From contig CBDCNQ010000005.1 in NCBI GenBank assembly GCA_965219445.1, positions 320,001 through 384,000 of the forward strand: DNA of 64,000 nucleotides. The letters are read 5' to 3'. Made by a program: the position numbers and the translations under genes. This DNA is from Longimicrobiales bacterium. GTDB taxonomy: Bacteria; Gemmatimonadota; Gemmatimonadetes; Longimicrobiales; Gaopeijiaceae. Positions 1-9,939 of this stretch are shown here, one piece after another; the stretch's first letter is position 1, and every line of letters starts with the position of its first letter. Under the pieces are notes generated by a model. The model had not been told where the DNA came from, did not search any database, and saw nothing but the letters and a program-made list of their open reading frames with translations.

Positions 1-235
1 GGCATCGCACTGGCCACAGCTGAGATAGAGTTCTCCGGTGCTCGTTGCCATACAGTTAAGGTTGATCGAGTAAGGCAGCAGGCCGGCGCTGACTTGAATC
101 TGACATAGAGGGACATCTGGAGAATCGCACCACGATACCTACTTGTCAGCGATTTGCCTTGTTGTTCAGTCATGTCATGTCCCCAAGCAATATTGGAGGG
201 GTCTCGGCCTCCGGGCCGGAGGCGCCCTGTGCGGC

Positions 236-454
236 CTAACGTCTCACGATTCTGATCTTATAGATGCTGCGCGTAGATGCTGCGCGGCTAACATGCCCTC
301 CGGGCGCGCAACGCGCGACCCTCACGGATTGTCGGTAGAGGTTTCGGACGACGGACGGCAGGTCGCCGATCCAGGTGCGACCTGCCGCTCCCTCGCGGGC
401 TATGGTAGAGGCTACGAATTCTGACGGGATGTTGAGTTCCGGCACGGATAGCAT
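236..454 (-). pseudogene. N-terminal fragment of an aminoglycoside/hydroxyurea resistance kinase (APH(6)-like)
   Basis: IPSEFVASTIAREGAAGRTWIGDLPSVV resembles the N-terminus of streptomycin-6-kinase-like proteins; similarity is lost after about 40 aa. Confidence 0.5.
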
Positions 455-594
455 CAGGATGGTGTTTTGGTAGATCGGAGTCCGGAGCGGTGACTTCGTC
501 TGAGATGCGAGCGTCGACGGTCAGGCGATCAGCTTGATTATCGTGGCGCTGTGCCGCTACACGAGCGCCAGTAGTCAAGCTTTGGGCCGCCGAC

Positions 595-2214
595 TCAGGA
601 GCTCCGTAGCGTGTGAATTGCCCACCCCAGGTCGAGGCTCTCTCCGTTCCAATGCGGGGTGGTGGTCGCAGGACCCACGCGGATCCCCAGTGTGGCGTGC
701 TTGGACTGGAGGGCAGCCACGGGGTCGGCAGGGAGGCGCGACGCCGCGGGCACATTTGGGAACAGCCGTCCGTCGGGCCAGGAGAAGCGGATCCCTCCGC
801 GGGCAGCTCCGTCGTCCCCATTCTCAACCATCTCGACCGCGAATCCCTCTTCATGCACCGCCCGGTGATGGCGCCTACAAAGCAAGACGAGGTTGTCGAG
901 CCGGGTCTCTCCGCCATCCGCCCAGTGCTTGATGTGATGCGCGTCACAGAAGCGCAGCCCGCAGCCTGGGAAGCGACAGCCTCCGTCCCTATGGTCGAGC
1001 GCCCTCCGGATGGCGGGGGGGACGGTCCGGGTCTTTCTGCCCACGTCGAGCACGGAACCGCTCTGTGTGCGTGTTATCTCGGTACGCGTCATCTCGGCTG
1101 TCATGTTGTGTGTCATAATGACGCGACTCGCGTCACAAGCGAGGCGCCTCGACGTTCCCGCGGGAACGCGTACGCCGTCCTCGAGCAGGGCACTGCCCAA
1201 CGTTGGCGGTGACGACGAGGGCAGCGGCGGCGGCCACGACTCCGACGACTCCGGCAACTCCGATGATCCCGATGGTCCCGATGACTCCGATGATCCCGCG
1301 AGTGCTTCGGCGTCCACGTGCACGACGACTTGAAAGCGATCAGCGCGGCCGATACTCTCGCCGTCGCATTCCAGCCCACCACTCTGTAGCGCTCGCTCGG
1401 CGAGGAGTCCGATGGCATCGGCCCGCATCTGCTCGGCGGTGAGTTCCGGATCCTTGCGAGATTCCGGATCCTCGCGAGCCTCCGGACGCCGGAACTTCCC
1501 GGACCGTCGGTAGAGGGCACCCCTCGCGGCCTCGAGCGCCCGCATCAATATGGCGCCCACCTCGGGATCCAACCGGCCCCGGAGCTCATACATCCCGTCC
1601 TCGTCCGGCCATAACGTGAGCGAGCGGGTTCGGTGACGCTCCCGCTCCTGCCATTGCTCCTCCAGCCGGTCCACCCGCCGCCACGCACGCACGAGCTTCT
1701 CAACGTGCGACGCTGTACCGTGGCGGGCGAAGTCCATCAACTCCTCTTCGTTCTCCGGTGTGGCCACGCGCGTGAGGGCTCGTGCCTTGGAGTATGACAG
1801 TTCTCCGCTCCGCATCCTCGCGCTCAAACCGGGTAGATGCTCGAGAGCGTGGGCCACGCGGACCTTCTCGCGTGCCGGTCCCATGGCGATGCCGGTGCGC
1901 CAGCTCAGCCAGTGGGCGCAGGTCTTGAAGCTGGCGTCCCAGCCCCCTCGCTGGTCGAACTCACGGATCAGCACCAGCAGACGGTACGTGGCGGCATGGA
2001 TGTGGGCGGCGAGTTCGGCGATCTCATCGCCCAGCCGCTCGAGTTCGGCACGTGGGAAGGGGGTGGGGGCGGGCAGTGGGGTGGGGGATTCGACCGTTGC
2101 GGCAGTAGCAACGACGGGCCACGTCTCGGTCCGCGACCGAGCTCGGTGTGTCGTCGTCGAAGTTGTCGCCAGCGCGGTGTGATCTCCAAGTACCGGTTGA
2201 GCGAAGTCGATCAT
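595..2214 (-). CDS. DUF222 (13E12-repeat-like) domain protein with C-terminal HNH endonuclease
   Basis: N-terminal IAELAAHIHAA...CAHWLSWRTG, SRRLACDA, and C-terminal RDGGCRFPGC...DAHHIKHWADGGETRLDNLVLLCRRHHRAVH. Confidence 0.9.
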   Translation of the reverse strand: MIDFAQPVLGDHTALATTSTTTHRARSRTETWPVVATAATVESPTPLPAPTPFPRAELERLGDEIAELAAHIHAATYRLLVLIREFDQRGGWDASFKTCAHWLSWRTGIAMGPAREKVRVAHALEHLPGLSARMRSGELSYSKARALTRVATPENEEELMDFARHGTASHVEKLVRAWRRVDRLEEQWQERERHRTRSLTLWPDEDGMYELRGRLDPEVGAILMRALEAARGALYRRSGKFRRPEAREDPESRKDPELTAEQMRADAIGLLAERALQSGGLECDGESIGRADRFQVVVHVDAEALAGSSESSGPSGSSELPESSESWPPPLPSSSPPTLGSALLEDGVRVPAGTSRRLACDASRVIMTHNMTAEMTRTEITRTQSGSVLDVGRKTRTVPPAIRRALDHRDGGCRFPGCGLRFCDAHHIKHWADGGETRLDNLVLLCRRHHRAVHEEGFAVEMVENGDDGAARGGIRFSWPDGRLFPNVPAASRLPADPVAALQSKHATLGIRVGPATTTPHWNGESLDLGWAIHTLRSS

Positions 2215-2492
2215 GCGGGGAGCCTCCAGGAGGGGGGAGCGGGTTATAGGGAATAGCTACCTTCCAGACGAATGACTCCCATAAATCTAACGGCGGTTTT
2301 TCGAGGCTCTGGCTGGCTTCTGGGCGGGCGTGGACGGGATTCGAGGCTTTCCGAAGGGTCCGGGGTTCGCCCTCGGCGGTCACGTCACAAGCCAGGTGTG
2401 CTCAGGGGGGGGGCCGGGGCAGGATCCCGGATCTCGGGAAAGGTGCCTGCTCGAACCTGTCAATGTCTGGATGGGACAGATTTCCCGATTGC

Positions 2493-2522
2493 TTGCAGCG
2501 GCGGACCATACGGGCGCATGTT
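2493..2522 (+). promoter_or_regulatory. Putative kinase-family promoter TTGCAG-N18-CATGTT
   Basis: Same spaced hexamer pair recurs upstream of five kinase starts or stubs (2493, 6225, 9769, 23498, 47702). Confidence 0.45.
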
Positions 2523-2538
2523 GTCCGCTATATCGGAT

Positions 2539-2586
2539 ATATCGGACCCTGTCACCCGTTCACAGGCAGTGGAGCCGTACCAATGA
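2539..2586 (+). pseudogene. Collapsed kinase stub (I/M-SDPVTR...QAVEPYQ*) overlapping the start of kinase 1
   Basis: ATA TCG GAC CCT GTC ACC CGT matches the family start MSDPVTR; its stop overlaps the kinase 1 ATG as ATGA. Confidence 0.45.
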
Positions 2587-5228
2587 CCGACGCCACCGTG
2601 GATCGCCTCAACACAGCCCTAGAAGGCCGCTACGCCATCGAGCGAAAACTGGGTGAAGGCGGCATGGCCGCGGTCTACCTGGCCGACGATCTCAAGCACG
2701 AGCGCAAAGTCGCGCTGAAGGTCTTGAAGCCCGATCTGGCTGCGGTCGTTGGGGCCGAGCGGTTCCTGGCTGAGATCAAGGTCACGGCGAACCTCCAGCA
2801 TCCACACATCCTGCCGCTCCACGATTCAGGCGAAGCGGATGGCTTCCTGTTCTACGTGATGCCCTACGTAGAAGGCGAGACCCTCCGCGACCGCATCGAC
2901 CGAGAGAAGCAGCTTCCTGTTGACGAAGCTGTCCGCATAGCGACGGCGGTGGCGGGTGCCCTCCAGACTGCTCACGAGCACGGCATCATCCATCGTGACA
3001 TCAAACCGGCCAACATCCTGTTGAGCCGAGGTGAGCCGTTGATCGCCGACTTCGGGATCGCTCTGGCTGTCGGTGCGGCAGGAGGTAGTCGGCTCACGGA
3101 GACGGGCCTGAGTATGGGCACTCCGTATTACATGAGCCCTGAACAGGCGACCGGTGACCAACACGTCGGCCCTTCGACCGATACGTACGCACTGGGCGCA
3201 GTGTTGTACGAGATGCTGACGGGCGACCCACCGTATATGGGGAGCACAGCGCAGGCGGTGCTGGGTCAGATCATCGCGGGCGAGGCTGTGTCCGCCACGA
3301 AGAAGCGTGGCTCGGTACCTGCGAACGTGGATGCGGCTCTCCGTTGTGCCCTGGAGAAGCTACCCGCTGACCGATTCCGGAGCGCGAGCGGCTTCGCTGA
3401 AGCGCTGACGAATCCGGGCTTTAGGACGAGCTCCGCTACGCGACCGGATACAGCTCGGTCGGGCACTCCGCGCCGCGTGGCCTCAGTCGGAGCTGCACTC
3501 CTCACGCTCGGAGTCGGATTCGTCGTGGGTCGGACATTCGGTGAGAGCGACAACTCGGTGACTAAGCTGATGATTCCTACCTCCCCGCAGCTGCGCGTCG
3601 GTTTTGGTCCGGCGGTGGCGGTCTCGCCCGACGGCTCAGAGTTCGTGTATGTCGGAGTCGAGGGGGGTGGCATCGCCGCGGACATGAACCGTGCCAACCC
3701 CGATAGGAGGCTCTTTCGTCGTCGGCTCGCCGATCTCGAGATTTCGGCGATTCCGGGTACGGAACGAGCGTACGAACCGACCTTCTCGCCCGATGGCGAC
3801 TGGGTCGCGTTCGTGGCTGATGGCAGGCTCTGGAGGGTAAGCCTCGACGGGAATCGTCGTATTGAGATCGCTGATGTCTCTGCCGCCGAGATGCGGGGGA
3901 TCAGCTGGAGCAGCACGGACGAAATCTTCTACGTCCCGGCCGGCACGGCCGGGCTCATGAAAGTCTCAGCAGCGGGGGGTACGCCGGAGGTGGTGATTCC
4001 GTTGGATACCGTGGGCCTGAGGTGGCCCAACGTCCTCCCGAGTGGGGACGCAGTCATGGTGACCATCTGGAACGGGAGCGTGGAGAACGCCGAGCTAGGA
4101 GTGGTCGATGTGGCCTCGCAGCGTCTCATACCGTTGGGTGAGCGAGGGATGGGGTCCGTCTACGCCGAGTCGGGGCATGTCGTCTACGTGCGTGCGGACC
4201 GAACGTTGCTCGCCGCCCCCTTCGACCTTCGAACCCGTACCATCACCGGGGCACCCGAGCCCCTCGAGGATAGCGTCTCCATTTACCCCGGTGGTGCGTC
4301 GCACTTCGCGCTCTCCCGCCAGGGAACGCTCGTGTATTGGCGGCTTCATCTGCCGCTACGATCCCTCTTGCTCGTCGACCGGGGAGGCTTGGTGGTGCGA
4401 ACGATCGGCACGGACACGCGCTTTGACACAGGTCGACCAGCGATTTCCCCGGATGGAGCCCGGTACCTGGTTCCCCTCGTGGGCGCGGTCAGCAACGCAG
4501 ACATCTGGGTGGGCGATCTGACCCAGGAGAATCTACGCCCCTTCGAGGAACAGGGAGATGTCAACTCCGGCATTTGGCTGGGAAACGATTCGATCGCGTT
4601 CCTTTCCGATAGGGCCGGTTCACCAGACTGGTTCGTTGGTGCCGTTGACGACCGGAGTCCCGCCACTCAGCTCTTTGCAGACGATATCGACCAGTGGGGT
4701 GGCACCTGGGTGCCCTCAGCCCGAACTCTGGTTTTCGGCGAAACACGAATAAGCTCCGGTTACGACATTTCGGGATTCCAGCTCGGGTCGGACTCTCCAT
4801 TCACCCTGCTTGACGGGGCAGGAATCGACGAGTGGCAACCTCGTGTTTCGGCCGACGGCGCATGGCTGGTCTATGCGTCGGATGAAATCAACGGCCGGAG
4901 CGAGATCTTCGTCCAGCGGTTCCCCGATCTCACTGGCAAACGGCGCGTTTCGACCGGCGGGGGAGACGCGCCGACATGGTGTCCGCAGCGGAAGGAGTTG
5001 TTCTACGTAATCGCTGACAGCCTAGTCTCTGTGACATACGACGACGCCGAGGAATTCGACATCTTGGACCGGACGGTCCTGTTCACTTCTGACCTCGTGA
5101 GAAACACCTACGACGTTCATCCCGACTGTGAGACCTTCATCATGTTGAGAGATGACGAGGAGGAGCGGCGCGACATTGTAGTCGTCCAGAACTTCTTCGA
5201 GGAGCTTCGCCAGCGGGTGGGGAATTAA
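2583..5228 (+). CDS. Ser/Thr protein kinase (Hanks type) with TM helix and TolB/PD40-like beta-propeller region (kinase 1)
   Basis: LGEGGMAAVY, VALKVL, HRDIKPAN, DFG, GTPYYMSPE; repeated SPDG motifs; C-terminal VVQNFFEELRQRVGN; start set at MTDATV by alignment with paralogs. Confidence 0.95.
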   Translation: MTDATVDRLNTALEGRYAIERKLGEGGMAAVYLADDLKHERKVALKVLKPDLAAVVGAERFLAEIKVTANLQHPHILPLHDSGEADGFLFYVMPYVEGETLRDRIDREKQLPVDEAVRIATAVAGALQTAHEHGIIHRDIKPANILLSRGEPLIADFGIALAVGAAGGSRLTETGLSMGTPYYMSPEQATGDQHVGPSTDTYALGAVLYEMLTGDPPYMGSTAQAVLGQIIAGEAVSATKKRGSVPANVDAALRCALEKLPADRFRSASGFAEALTNPGFRTSSATRPDTARSGTPRRVASVGAALLTLGVGFVVGRTFGESDNSVTKLMIPTSPQLRVGFGPAVAVSPDGSEFVYVGVEGGGIAADMNRANPDRRLFRRRLADLEISAIPGTERAYEPTFSPDGDWVAFVADGRLWRVSLDGNRRIEIADVSAAEMRGISWSSTDEIFYVPAGTAGLMKVSAAGGTPEVVIPLDTVGLRWPNVLPSGDAVMVTIWNGSVENAELGVVDVASQRLIPLGERGMGSVYAESGHVVYVRADRTLLAAPFDLRTRTITGAPEPLEDSVSIYPGGASHFALSRQGTLVYWRLHLPLRSLLLVDRGGLVVRTIGTDTRFDTGRPAISPDGARYLVPLVGAVSNADIWVGDLTQENLRPFEEQGDVNSGIWLGNDSIAFLSDRAGSPDWFVGAVDDRSPATQLFADDIDQWGGTWVPSARTLVFGETRISSGYDISGFQLGSDSPFTLLDGAGIDEWQPRVSADGAWLVYASDEINGRSEIFVQRFPDLTGKRRVSTGGGDAPTWCPQRKELFYVIADSLVSVTYDDAEEFDILDRTVLFTSDLVRNTYDVHPDCETFIMLRDDEEERRDIVVVQNFFEELRQRVGN

Positions 5229-5273
5229 TGCGGCTCAAGAGGGGAAACCGCCACAAGAGGGTGGATCTCAGGG

Positions 5274-6173
5274 ATGGATGACGAAAAAACAATCATCACC
5301 CGGAAATCGGTGCTCGAGGACGAGGGGCTCGACAAAAGTCATGCCTCCTTGATCGTCCTAAAGGGCGCGGAGATCGGCCGGGACTTTCGTCTGCGAAAGA
5401 ACACTATGGTCATCGGGCGCAGTACGACGGCCGATATCTGTCTACCGGATGACAAAGCATCCAGAGAGCATGCTCGCATCGATTATCAAGGGACGGGTAA
5501 AGACCAGCGAGCGATCTTCACCCTCACCGATATGGGGAGCACGAATCACACCTTCGTTGATTCAAAACAGGTGGAATCCGTCCAGCTTCAAGATGGAGAC
5601 AAGATTCAGATCGGTGACTCGGTATTGAAATTCGTTGTCCTCGACAACATCGAAGCCAGATTTCACGCAGATGTCCGCGACCTGATTTCCTACGATCAGC
5701 TCACAGGCTTGTTGACGAAGGAATCCCTCTACTTGGCCTTTGATAGAGAGCTGAAACGGTGCCTGCGCTACGGCCTTCCCCTTGGGGTTTTGATGATGGA
5801 CCTGGATTTCTTCAAATCAGTAAACGACGGGCATGGCCATCTGATGGGGAGCCATGTGCTGGCTGAAGTCGGGCGTCTCATCCAACAATCCATCCGTATC
5901 GCCGATGTTTCCGCACGCTACGGGGGAGAGGAATTCCTCAGTTATTTGGCGGAGACCGATACTGCGGGAGTCGAACTCGCCGGAGAACGCATTCGAAGCG
6001 AAATCGAGGCCTTCCCCTTCGTCTTGGATGACGTAAGCATTCACGTCACCATCAGCATCGGCATTGCTGTGGCCCCGAGGCACGGGGAGAATATCAAAAC
6101 CCTCGTGGCTGCGGCCGATCAAGCACTCTATCGTGCAAAGGAAACCGGACGGAACCGGGTGTGCATCGCATAA
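5274..6173 (+). CDS. FHA-domain diguanylate cyclase (FHA-GGDEF)
   Basis: FHA motifs IGRS, ASREHA, DMGSTNHT; GGDEF motifs DQLTGL, DLDFFKSVND, RYGGEEF with RxxD (RIAD) I-site. Confidence 0.93.
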   Translation: MDDEKTIITRKSVLEDEGLDKSHASLIVLKGAEIGRDFRLRKNTMVIGRSTTADICLPDDKASREHARIDYQGTGKDQRAIFTLTDMGSTNHTFVDSKQVESVQLQDGDKIQIGDSVLKFVVLDNIEARFHADVRDLISYDQLTGLLTKESLYLAFDRELKRCLRYGLPLGVLMMDLDFFKSVNDGHGHLMGSHVLAEVGRLIQQSIRIADVSARYGGEEFLSYLAETDTAGVELAGERIRSEIEAFPFVLDDVSIHVTISIGIAVAPRHGENIKTLVAAADQALYRAKETGRNRVCIA

Positions 6174-6224
6174 CCCGAGAAGTTCGCGGGCACGCCATTC
6201 CTCTCGATGGGGATGCGAAGACGC

Positions 6225-6254
6225 TTGCAGCCTCACACGTCTTGGACGAATGTT
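6225..6254 (+). promoter_or_regulatory. Putative kinase-family promoter TTGCAG-N18-AATGTT
   Basis: Matches the element seen upstream of the other kinase starts. Confidence 0.45.
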
Positions 6255-6296
6255 TCAGCTGGTATCTAGAAGAGAAATCGCACCCGCCGACAGCCT

Positions 6297-9020
6297 ATGA
6301 CTGATCCAGTCACCCGCCTAAACGCAGCCCTCGAAGGCCGCTACTCCATCGAGCGTGAGATAGGCGAAGGCGGCATGGCCACGGTATACCTGGCCAAGGA
6401 CCTGAAGCACAACCGCAACGTCGCGCTCAAGGTTCTCAAGCCCGACCTGGCGGCTGTGGTCGGCGCCGAACGCTTTCTCGCTGAAATCGAGACCACCGCG
6501 AACCTGACTCACCCGCATATCCTGCCGCTGCACGATTCGGGCGAAGCGGATGGCTTCCTGTTCTATGTGATGCCCCACATCGAAGGGGAATCGCTCCGGG
6601 AGCGGATCGACCGCGAGAAGCAACTCGGTGTGGATGACGCACTGGCGATCACGCAGAAGGTTGCGGGCGCACTCGACTACGCGCACGAGAACGGCGTCGT
6701 GCACCGCGACATCAAGCCGGGCAACATCCTACTGAGTGAGCGGGGAGAGCCCCTCATCGCAGACTTCGGTATCGCGCTGGCCGTGGCTCAGGCGGGCGCT
6801 GGGCGCATCACCGAAACCGGCCTCAGCCTCGGGACGCCCCACTACATGTCGCCCGAGCAAGCAACGGGCGACCGAGATGTCGATCCCCGCTCGGATGTCT
6901 ACGCGCTCGGCTGTGTGCTGTACGAGATGCTCGCCGGGCAGCCGCCCTTCTCGGCCACTACAGCCCAAGCGGTGCTGGTGAAGATTCTCACGGTGGATGC
7001 ACCGTCGATCACGAATGAGCGCAGGTCCGTGCCGCTCAACGTCGGCCATGCACTCGCGAGGGCTCTGGAAAAGCTGCCCGCCGACCGCTTCGCGAGCGCG
7101 GCTGAGTTCGCGGCGGCGCTCGGGGATGAGAGCTTCACGTACAGAGTGCGAGCTCAGACATCCGTAATGGCCTCGACCCCGGGGTCGGTGGGCACGCAGG
7201 CGCTGGCCGCGACGCAGGGCACCTGGAATCGGCTGACGGTCGCCTTCGCGACCACCGCCATCCTCCTTGCAGGGTTGGCCGCCTGGGACTGGCTCCGTCC
7301 CGCACCGCAAGCTCCGGCGGTCTACGCCACTCGCCTCCCCATCGACGTTGGTGAGATTGAAATTGGCCGGTTTGAGGAAATCGTCGTGTCGCCGGACGGC
7401 TCACGCTTCGCCGTGACAGGGACGGTTGAAGGCGAGCGGGCTCTATACTGGCGGAGCGCCGATGAGGAGAGCTTCCGAGTGGTCCCTGGAACGGGGGGCG
7501 CTCGCGGAGCGACGTTCTCTCCTGACGGAGATTGGATCGCATATGGCACCGTAGACGGTGCCCTCTTGAAGGTGTCGCTGTCGGGAGGTGCACCGGCTCT
7601 TCTAGTCCGAGCGGGGCGTGTGAGTCAGCTGGTGTATTTCCCCCATTGGGGCGATGACGAGACGATAGTATTTGGCAATCCGATCGGCTCGTTCCAGGTA
7701 CCCGAGACGGGTGGTGAGCTCACGCCTCTCAGCGCGCCAGAGCCGATTCTATTTCCCCATCAGCTTCCGGGTGGCTGGGCGGTGCTCGGAAGCCGGGTCG
7801 CTGGCGGAGTCGTCCTGCTGGATCTCCAGTCAGACACCATGCGCGAGTTGCATCCAATCGGCTTCAAACCGAAATACGTAGAAACGGGCCATATCCTGTA
7901 TCTCGATGGCTCCGGTGGCCTGTGGGCGCTCCCCTTCGATGGAGCGAATGGCGACGTGCTAGGGGATGCCGTCCCGATCTTGGACGGAGTGAGTGTCATA
8001 CCGTTCGGACAATACCGTTTCCCTCGCTATTCGGTCTCGCGAAACGGAACGCTGACGTATGCTGCGGGAGGTGGTGCTGGTGGCGGAGGAGCGGAGTGGC
8101 CGCTCGTGGTAGTGGATCTGGAGGGTAATGAAGAGACTCTCACCCTGAGCCCACGAAGCTTCGGCGAAGTGGCTTGGTCTCCGGATGGACGGTCGGTCGT
8201 TTACCAGAGCACCGCCGAGGGCGATCAGGACCCCGACATCTATACCTACAACGTTGAGACGGGGACGACGCCGAGGCAGCTCACGTTCGAGGGAATCAAC
8301 GTCCGCCCAGTGTTTTCGTCTGACGGGACCCGCGTCGCCTTCGCCTCACAACGGGAATGGACCGACGGATTCGATCTGTTCGTGAAGACCCTGGGCGACG
8401 ACGCGCCGGCTAGATCCCTCATCTCGCGCCCCGGGGATGAATACCCGACCCAATGGCCGTCCGAGACGCTGATCGTGTTCGAGCAGGGGCCGAATCCCTC
8501 GGATCTCTGGATGCTCGATCTCTCAAACCCGGACAGCGTGAGAGCCGAAGTGTACCTACCCCTGGAAGCTGACCTCGACGACATCGTGGTCTCCCCAGAC
8601 GGTGCCCTCGCGGCGTATGCGTCCAACGAGTCGGGAAGTGATGAGATCTACATCCGGAGCTTTCCTGAACCCGGTGAACGGACACTCGTGTCGCAGGGTG
8701 GAGGGCAATACCCCCTCTGGTCACCGGACGGCAACACCGTCTACTACTGGGGCCTATCGGAAATTCCGGGAGCCCAGGACACCTTCATGGCTGCCCGCAT
8801 TCAACGAGATCCGACGCCGGTGGTGCTGACCAGGGACTCCTTGTTCACGGGGGAATACTACCGACCCGGCTCAGACCTCCATCCCGACGGGGACCGTGTG
8901 GTAGTCCCGCGAACTCCAGACCAAGCAGCCACCGACCTGGAAGGCGTGGCTTCAGGGTCAGAGCGATTCCTGGTCGTCACGAACTGGTTCGAGGAGCTTC
9001 GCGGGCGGGTGGGCAATTGA
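6297..9020 (+). CDS. Ser/Thr protein kinase with TM helix and TolB/PD40-like beta-propeller region (kinase 2)
   Basis: IGEGGMATVY, HRDIKPGN, DFG, GTPHYMSPE; WSPDG/FSPDG repeats; C-terminal VVTNWFEELRGRVGN. Confidence 0.95.
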   Translation: MTDPVTRLNAALEGRYSIEREIGEGGMATVYLAKDLKHNRNVALKVLKPDLAAVVGAERFLAEIETTANLTHPHILPLHDSGEADGFLFYVMPHIEGESLRERIDREKQLGVDDALAITQKVAGALDYAHENGVVHRDIKPGNILLSERGEPLIADFGIALAVAQAGAGRITETGLSLGTPHYMSPEQATGDRDVDPRSDVYALGCVLYEMLAGQPPFSATTAQAVLVKILTVDAPSITNERRSVPLNVGHALARALEKLPADRFASAAEFAAALGDESFTYRVRAQTSVMASTPGSVGTQALAATQGTWNRLTVAFATTAILLAGLAAWDWLRPAPQAPAVYATRLPIDVGEIEIGRFEEIVVSPDGSRFAVTGTVEGERALYWRSADEESFRVVPGTGGARGATFSPDGDWIAYGTVDGALLKVSLSGGAPALLVRAGRVSQLVYFPHWGDDETIVFGNPIGSFQVPETGGELTPLSAPEPILFPHQLPGGWAVLGSRVAGGVVLLDLQSDTMRELHPIGFKPKYVETGHILYLDGSGGLWALPFDGANGDVLGDAVPILDGVSVIPFGQYRFPRYSVSRNGTLTYAAGGGAGGGGAEWPLVVVDLEGNEETLTLSPRSFGEVAWSPDGRSVVYQSTAEGDQDPDIYTYNVETGTTPRQLTFEGINVRPVFSSDGTRVAFASQREWTDGFDLFVKTLGDDAPARSLISRPGDEYPTQWPSETLIVFEQGPNPSDLWMLDLSNPDSVRAEVYLPLEADLDDIVVSPDGALAAYASNESGSDEIYIRSFPEPGERTLVSQGGGQYPLWSPDGNTVYYWGLSEIPGAQDTFMAARIQRDPTPVVLTRDSLFTGEYYRPGSDLHPDGDRVVVPRTPDQAATDLEGVASGSERFLVVTNWFEELRGRVGN

Positions 9021-9036
9021 AGGCTAGGGACGCGCC

Positions 9037-9747
9037 GTGCAAACGATAATCGAGTGGCTGGGCACATGGATCAACAGCGGGTTCGGCCTGGCTCTTCGGC
9101 TTGACCTCCTCGTTCGACTGGCGCTGGCCGTCGTCCTCGGTGGAGCGATTGGATGGGAGCGCGAGGCCAGTGGCAAACCGGCGGGGTTGCGGACCAACAT
9201 CTTGATTTGTGTGGGTGCGACTCTGCTCACCGATTTGTCCATCCGCTTCGGCGGACTCGCGATAGGCCGTGGAATCGGAGATCCAGCGCGCATCGCCGCT
9301 CAGATCGTAACGGGCATCGGGTTTCTCGGAGCGGGTACGATCATTCAGGCGCGTGGCACCGTTACCGGACTCACGACAGCGGCAACCCTCTGGGTCGTCG
9401 CGGGGATCGGCATGGCGGTAGGGAGCGACTCCTACGTCGAAGCCGTGGGAGCAACGCTGCTCGTGCTCGTCGTTTTGATTCTGCTGACACCGATGGAGAA
9501 GGCCATCGCCCTCCGTCGTCCGGCACATTTCCGGATAGTTCTCGAACCCGTTGCCGGTGCCGGTGAGATCGTGGAAGAGGACGTCCTGGAGGTGGGCCTG
9601 CGGATCATTCGCCGGCGAATCGAAAAGGACGCCAAGCTTCGGTCTGTCATTCTGCATCTTTGGGTCAGGGGTCGGCCGAAGGACATACGGGTGGCGCAGG
9701 AGCGATTGGTGGTGAGAGAGGACGTCGCGGGCTTCTACATAGACTAA
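9037..9747 (+). CDS. MgtC/SapB family membrane protein
   Basis: GGAIGWERE...KPAGLRTNIL, DPARIAAQIVTGIGFLGAG, GLTTAATLW. Confidence 0.92.
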   Translation: MQTIIEWLGTWINSGFGLALRLDLLVRLALAVVLGGAIGWEREASGKPAGLRTNILICVGATLLTDLSIRFGGLAIGRGIGDPARIAAQIVTGIGFLGAGTIIQARGTVTGLTTAATLWVVAGIGMAVGSDSYVEAVGATLLVLVVLILLTPMEKAIALRRPAHFRIVLEPVAGAGEIVEEDVLEVGLRIIRRRIEKDAKLRSVILHLWVRGRPKDIRVAQERLVVREDVAGFYID

Positions 9748-9768
9748 CCCGCGATACCGGACAAACAG

Positions 9769-9900
9769 TTGCGCCTAGCGGCCCACACTCGGATGTTGAG
9801 CGCAGTCTGATCCCGGAGTGCGTGCATGTCCGATCCAGTCGCTCGCCTGAACACCGCCCTCGAAGGCCGCTACGCCGTCGAGCGTGAGCACGACCGATGA
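9769..9900 (+). repeat. Kinase 5' stub with promoter element: TTGCGC-N17-GATGTT, then MSDPVARLNTALEGRYAVEREHDR* (9826-9900)
   Basis: Close nucleotide match to 23498-23633 and to the intact kinase starts; homology ends after about 21 codons. Confidence 0.9.
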
Positions 9901-9939
9901 GTCGCAGACTCTCAGCTGGTCTCATGCTCGCGGTAGCAG

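Noticed and set aside
553..568. GCCGCTACACGAGCG just outside the first HNH unit as another kinase stub
   Set aside because: Too short and needs a gap; suggestive given its position but not supportable without statistics
1236..1490. 9-bp and 18-bp tandem repeats inside the HNH gene
   Set aside because: In-frame low-complexity linkers (SSE/SSG, RxDPE)
2054..2088. G-run cluster as a functional G-quadruplex
   Set aside because: Explained by Pro codons on the coding strand
2463..2582. ORF-track start of kinase 1 at 2463
   Set aside because: Paralog alignment places the start at 2583; the extension covers the promoter element and stub
5225..5245. TAATG CGG CTC AA after kinase 1 as a collapsed stub
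   Set aside because: The stop/start overlap fits the pattern but only about 8 nt match
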